Origin: Anaerolineae bacterium
Lineage (GTDB): Bacteria; Chloroflexota; Anaerolineae; B4-G1; DUEL01
Direction of reading: 5' to 3'
DNA: 64,000 nt
Assembly (NCBI GenBank): GCA_049972045.1
Contig: JBMFKS010000002.1
Coordinates: 11,511-75,510, forward strand
The notes below the pieces were generated by a model. That model saw nothing but the letters and a program-made list of their open reading frames with translations, had not been told where the DNA came from and did no database searches. The position numbers and the translations under genes were made by a program. Position 1 is the first letter of the stretch; each line of letters opens with the position of its first letter. Shown piece by piece: positions 60,067 to 64,000 of the stretch.

Positions 60067-60705
60067 ATGGCCAGATACACAGGCCCGGTTTGTCGGCTGT
60101 GTCGTCGGGAAGGACAGAAGTTGTTCCTGAAAGGTGCGCGCTGCACGTCGCCCAAGTGTGCCCTGGAGCGCCGGGATTACCCGCCCGGACAGCACGGGCA
60201 AATGGCCCGCTTCCGGCGGGGGCAGCCCACGGACTACTTCCGCCAGTTGCGGGAAAAGCAGAAGGTCAAGCGGGTCTACGGCATTATGGAGCGGCAGTTC
60301 CGCCGGTACTTCCGGGAGGCGTTGCGGACGCCCGGCCTGACCGGTGAGAACCTGCTCATCCTGCTGGAGCGCCGCCTGGACAACGTAGTCTACCGCCTGG
60401 GCTTCGCCGATTCGCGCGCCCAGGCCCGCCAACTGGTTCAGCATGGCCACTTCACCGTCAACGGTCGCCGGGTCACCATCCCGTCCTATCTGGTGCGGCC
60501 GGGGGACCGGATCGCCGTACGGGAAGGAAGCCGCCGGCGACCGTACTTCCAGGAGCGCGCGGAGATGCTGGATGAGATGAGGGTTCCCGATTGGCTCTCC
60601 CTGGACGCGGCGGACCTCTCCGCCCGGGTCCTGGGCATGCCCAGGCGGGAGCATGTGGATATACCCATCAACGAACAACTGGTGGTGGAGTACTACTCTC
60701 GGTAG
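60067..60705 (+). CDS. rpsD: 30S ribosomal protein S4
   Basis: '[23 protein letters not shown]'. Confidence 0.95.
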   Translation: MARYTGPVCRLCRREGQKLFLKGARCTSPKCALERRDYPPGQHGQMARFRRGQPTDYFRQLREKQKVKRVYGIMERQFRRYFREALRTPGLTGENLLILLERRLDNVVYRLGFADSRAQARQLVQHGHFTVNGRRVTIPSYLVRPGDRIAVREGSRRRPYFQERAEMLDEMRVPDWLSLDAADLSARVLGMPRREHVDIPINEQLVVEYYSR

Positions 60706-61719
60706 GTGGCGATGACTGCACAGAGGGAACCCCGATTTGCCGCACCGGTTTTGCCGAAAATTGAAAAAGAGGTGCTGACCCAGCAGTACGGCCGGTTTGT
60801 CATCGGCCCGCTGGAGAGTGGCTATGGGATCACGCTGGGGAACGCGCTGCGGCGGGTCCTGCTCTCCTCCCTTCCCGGGGCGGCCGTCACCTCTGTCCGC
60901 ATCTACGACGTCCCGCATGAATTTGCGACCATCCCACATGTGCGAGAGGACGTGATGCAAATCCTCCTTCAGGTGAAGCAACTGCGCCTGAAGATGGACG
61001 GCGATGGCCCGATGCGCATGGCGCTCTCCGTCCGGGGGGATGGCGTGGTGACGGCCGGGGACATCCAGGCACCGCCAGAGATAGAAATTCTCAACCCGGA
61101 CCTCTATCTCTTCACCACTGACTCCTCTGAGGCAGTGGTGGAGATGGAGTTCACCGTGGAACGGGGACGGGGATACTCTCCCGCCGAGGAGCGGGAGCGC
61201 CGAGCCATCGGCGAACTTCCGGTGGATGCCCTCTTCAGTCCCGTCCGGCGGGTCGCGTTCAACGTGGAGCGGGCTCGGGTCGCCCAGCGGACCAACTACG
61301 ACCGGCTGAACATGGAAATCTGGACCGACGGTCGCATCGGACCGCTGGAGGCTCTCAAGGAAGCCGCCGGGATTCTGGTCAAGCACTTCCGCCTGATCGC
61401 CGGGATTGCGGAGGAGCCGGAGTTGGTGGGGGAGGAAGAGCGAGGAATCCCGGCCCGGATTTATGAAATCCCGATAGAAACTCTGGGACTGACCGCGCGC
61501 GTCTACAACGCCCTGAAGCGGGCAGGAATCTCGCGCGTCGGAGAGGTCCTGGAGGTCCTGAGCCGGGGCGACGAGGCGGTCCGGACCATCCGCAACTTTG
61601 GCGATAAGTCTATGGCGGAGTTGATGGAAAAACTGGGCGCGGCCGGGTACCTGGCCTACTTGCCTCAGCTAGCGGGAAGAGGAGAAGACGAAGAGTCCTC
61701 CGGAGCCTTGGAAGAGTAA
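60706..61719 (+). CDS. rpoA: DNA-directed RNA polymerase subunit alpha
   Basis: N-terminal dimerisation domain plus the C-terminal alphaCTD 'ELLGLTARVYNALKRAGI'. Confidence 0.95.
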   Translation: MAMTAQREPRFAAPVLPKIEKEVLTQQYGRFVIGPLESGYGITLGNALRRVLLSSLPGAAVTSVRIYDVPHEFATIPHVREDVMQILLQVKQLRLKMDGDGPMRMALSVRGDGVVTAGDIQAPPEIEILNPDLYLFTTDSSEAVVEMEFTVERGRGYSPAEERERRAIGELPVDALFSPVRRVAFNVERARVAQRTNYDRLNMEIWTDGRIGPLEALKEAAGILVKHFRLIAGIAEEPELVGEEERGIPARIYEIPIETLGLTARVYNALKRAGISRVGEVLEVLSRGDEAVRTIRNFGDKSMAELMEKLGAAGYLAYLPQLAGRGEDEESSGALEE

Positions 61720-61733
61720 GAAACAGGACTTAC

Positions 61734-61830
61734 GCAGTTCACGAGAAATGTAGCGCAGGCTGTTAGCCTGCAAATACCGGCCTGGCGGCCTGCGCTACAT
61801 AAGCAAGTGCGTAAGTCCTGTAAGAAATTC
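61734..61830. repeat. 97-nt triple-nested perfect hairpin in the rpoA-rplQ spacer
   Basis: Outer caggacttacgca/tgcgtaagtcctg (13/13). Middle tgtagcgcaggc/gcctgcgctaca (12/12). Inner gcaggc-tgtta-gcctgc. It shares a TGTAGCGC...GCGCTACA core with the tyrS-leader hairpin. Confidence 0.8.
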
Positions 61831-61855
61831 GTGTCACATGGGATGGAGGAACGGG

Positions 61856-62257
61856 ATGCGACATCGGGTTGCGGGAAAGAAACTGAATCGTTCCAGCGGC
61901 CATCGCCGGGCCCTGTTTCGGAATCTGGTCTCGGCGCTCATTTACCACGAGCGGATAGAGACGACGGAAGCGAAGGCGGAGGCCATTCGCCGGCATGCGG
62001 AGAAACTCATCACCCTGGCCAAGCGGGGGCTGGCGGCCGGTGATCCGGCCTATGGCGTCCATGCCCGTCGTCTGGCGGCAGCCCGCCTGAACCGCTGGGT
62101 CGTCACCCCTGAGGGGGAGCGGGTGGACTTGGTCAAGAAACTCTTTGAGGAGATCGCTCCGCGCTACCAGAACCGGCCCGGCGGGTACACCCGTATCACC
62201 CAACTGGGCCCGCGCAAGGGCGACGCCGCCCCCATGGTGATCCTGGAACTGGTCTAA
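61856..62257 (+). CDS. rplQ: 50S ribosomal protein L17
   Basis: '[24 protein letters not shown]'. The start is at 61856, not 61838. Confidence 0.94.
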   Translation: MRHRVAGKKLNRSSGHRRALFRNLVSALIYHERIETTEAKAEAIRRHAEKLITLAKRGLAAGDPAYGVHARRLAAARLNRWVVTPEGERVDLVKKLFEEIAPRYQNRPGGYTRITQLGPRKGDAAPMVILELV

Positions 62258-62281
62258 TTAGCCATCACGAATCAGCGTCGC

Positions 62282-63028
62282 ATGCGCGTTCGGGCGGTCG
62301 TGGCCTATGACGGCACCAACTACCAGGGCTTCCAGCGACAGACGAACGGACCCACCGTCCAGGGAGTCCTGGAGCGGGCGCTGGAGCGGGTGACGGGAGA
62401 GCCCATCACCATCCTGGCGGCCGGCCGCACCGATACGGGCGTCCACGCTGAAGGACAGGTCATCGCCTTTGATACGGAGTGGAAGCATCCGCTGATGGCG
62501 CTCCTGCGGGCGCTGAACGCGGTGCTTCCGCCCGATGTGGCGGTCCGGGAGGTGGCCCCGGCCCGGCCGGACTTCCACCCCCGGTACGATGCGCTCAGCC
62601 GGTACTACCGATACACCATTTACAACCATCCGGTCCGTTCGCCGCTGGCCCGCCGGACCAGTTTTTATGTCGCCTGGCCGCTGGACGTGGAGGCGATGCA
62701 GGCGGCGGCGGCTCTGCTGGTCGGCGAGCACGACTTCGCTGCCTTCGGCACGCCACCGAAGGGGGAGAACACGATCCGGCGGGTGCTGCGGGCCCAGTGG
62801 CAGGCCGACCCGCCATGGCTGTATTTTGATATAGAGGCCAACGCCTTTCTCTACCGCATGGTCCGTACCCTGGTCGGCACAATGATTCGGGTTGGCCTGG
62901 GGCGGCTTTCGGTGGAGGAGGTCCGCGAAATCCTGGTCTCCGGCGACCGCCGCCGGGCCGGGCCGGCAGTACCCCCCCACGGCCTCTGTCTGATGGCGGT
63001 GAGGTATCCAGAATCAGGAGATTCTTGA
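62282..63028 (+). CDS. truA: tRNA pseudouridine(38-40) synthase
   Basis: 'VAYDGTNYQGFQRQ...AAGRTDTGVHA'. Confidence 0.93.
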   Translation: MRVRAVVAYDGTNYQGFQRQTNGPTVQGVLERALERVTGEPITILAAGRTDTGVHAEGQVIAFDTEWKHPLMALLRALNAVLPPDVAVREVAPARPDFHPRYDALSRYYRYTIYNHPVRSPLARRTSFYVAWPLDVEAMQAAAALLVGEHDFAAFGTPPKGENTIRRVLRAQWQADPPWLYFDIEANAFLYRMVRTLVGTMIRVGLGRLSVEEVREILVSGDRRRAGPAVPPHGLCLMAVRYPESGDS

Positions 63029-63034
63029 GAAGGA

Positions 63035-63472
63035 GTGATGAGGGTGAAGACATACGTCACCAAACCCGAGGAAGTGGAGCGGGAATGGTTCGTTGTGGAC
63101 GCTAGCGGGAAGACGCTGGGGCGTCTGGCAACGGAAGTGGCCCGCATTCTGCGCGGCAAGCACAAGCCCATCTACTCCCCGATGATAGATGTGGGGGATT
63201 ACGTGATTGTGGTCAATGCCGAGAAGATCCGGGTCACGGGCCGCAAACTGACCCAGAAGTTCTACTACCGCCATTCCGGCTACCCGGGCGGCTTCAAACA
63301 GGTCAGTCTGCGGGACATGCTGGCCCGTCATCCCACGCGCGTCATTGAGTACGCCGTCTGGGGCATGCTCCCCAAGAACGCGCTGGGTCGGCGGATGTTC
63401 AAGAAACTGAAGGTGTACGCCGGGCCCGACCATCCTCATCAGGCCCAGAACCCGAAACCGCTGGAGTTGTAG
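63035..63472 (+). CDS. rplM: 50S ribosomal protein L13
   Basis: '[19 protein letters not shown]'. Confidence 0.95.
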   Translation: MMRVKTYVTKPEEVEREWFVVDASGKTLGRLATEVARILRGKHKPIYSPMIDVGDYVIVVNAEKIRVTGRKLTQKFYYRHSGYPGGFKQVSLRDMLARHPTRVIEYAVWGMLPKNALGRRMFKKLKVYAGPDHPHQAQNPKPLEL

Positions 63473-63491
63473 GGGGACGAGGAGAGAACCG

Positions 63492-63893
63492 ATGGCAGAA
63501 CAGCAACAGTATTACGAGGGTGTGGGACGTCGCAAGGAGGCCACCGCGCGGGTACGGCTCTACCCCGGCGGCGATGGGAAGTTCGTCGTCAATGACCGCC
63601 CCCTTCAGGAATACTTCGTTCGCGAAACGGATGTGATGCGCCTGATGGAGCCGTTGAAGGTCGCCGGAATGGACGGTCGCTTCAACGTCTCCGTGCAGGT
63701 GAGGGGCGGCGGGATCAGCGGCCAAGCCGGGGCGGTCCGACTGGGCCTGGCGCGGGCGTTGCTCCAGGTGGACCCCCAATTGCGGCCGCTTCTGCGCCAG
63801 AAGGGGCTGTTGACCTGCGACGCGCGGGTCAAGGAGCGCAAGAAGCCCGGCCTCAAGCGCGCCCGCAAGGCCCCGCAGTACACCAAACGGTAG
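63492..63893 (+). CDS. rpsI: 30S ribosomal protein S9
   Basis: Ends '[18 protein letters not shown]'. Confidence 0.95.
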   Translation: MAEQQQYYEGVGRRKEATARVRLYPGGDGKFVVNDRPLQEYFVRETDVMRLMEPLKVAGMDGRFNVSVQVRGGGISGQAGAVRLGLARALLQVDPQLRPLLRQKGLLTCDARVKERKKPGLKRARKAPQYTKR

Positions 63894-63925
63894 CGCGAAG
63901 AACACGAAGGGCGCGAAAGACGCCG

Positions 63926-63972
63926 AAAAAGGCCCTCCCGCGGGTTTCCATCCTGCGGGAGGGCCTTTTATT
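63926..63972 (+). terminator. Rho-independent terminator after rpsI
   Basis: aaaaaggccctcccgc..gcgggagggcc followed by ttttatt. Confidence 0.85.
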
Positions 63973-64000
63973 GACGGGACTTACGCAATCGGGGGATTGC

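Overview
This is a high-GC (~65-68%) bacterial chromosomal segment. I cannot assign the lineage from sequence alone.

The 3' half (35.9-63.9 kb) is the conserved ribosomal-protein 'superoperon': rpsL-rpsG-fusA | tuf-rpsJ-rplC-rplD-rplW-rplB-rpsS-rplV-rpsC-rplP-rpmC-rpsQ | rplN-rplX-rplE-rpsZ-rpsH-rplF-rplR-rpsE-rpmD-rplO-secY-adk-map-rpmJ-rpsM-rpsK-rpsD-rpoA-rplQ, followed by truA-rplM-rpsI. rpoB lies just upstream with no rpoC after it.

The 5' half carries:
- a DUF1156/COG1743-type Zn-ribbon N6-adenine DNA methyltransferase, plus the 3' fragment of an upstream partner gene; together these are a putative R-M-like/defence module;
- an orphan xanthine-dehydrogenase-family Mo subunit;
- trmD, tRNA-Met, an alpha/beta hydrolase, tyrS, hypE, tRNA-Thr and dnaN;
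- cell-wall hydrolases with LysM/SH3b domains;
- a REC-CpaE-like regulator, mtnP, GtrA, rnhA, a YHS-copA copper module, an FHA-wHTH regulator, a LonC-like protease, an amidohydrolase and an SCP2 protein.

The most striking observations are:
- Every unusually long intergenic gap inside the ribosomal-protein cluster holds a toxin-antitoxin module or its decayed remnant. There are four: a relE/parE pseudogene between rpsC and rplP; a DUF4258/DUF2283 pair between rplO and secY; an MNT/HepT pseudogene pair between secY and adk; and a DUF433/DUF5615 pair between map and rpmJ, in the slot where infA normally sits.
- A ~3.7 kb low-GC (~45-50%) island splits fusA from tuf. It encodes secreted beta-propeller and SpoIID/PA14 proteins and three overlapping mini-ORFs.
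- An ~75 bp palindrome-containing element occurs twice in inverted orientation (15.5 kb and 56.8 kb); one copy truncates the HepT remnant.
- There are several long nested-hairpin intergenic elements, a GC-rich REP-like palindrome family, and tandem hairpin repeats upstream of copA.

Many long ORFs on the opposite strand of real genes are GC-driven shadow ORFs and are not reported as features.
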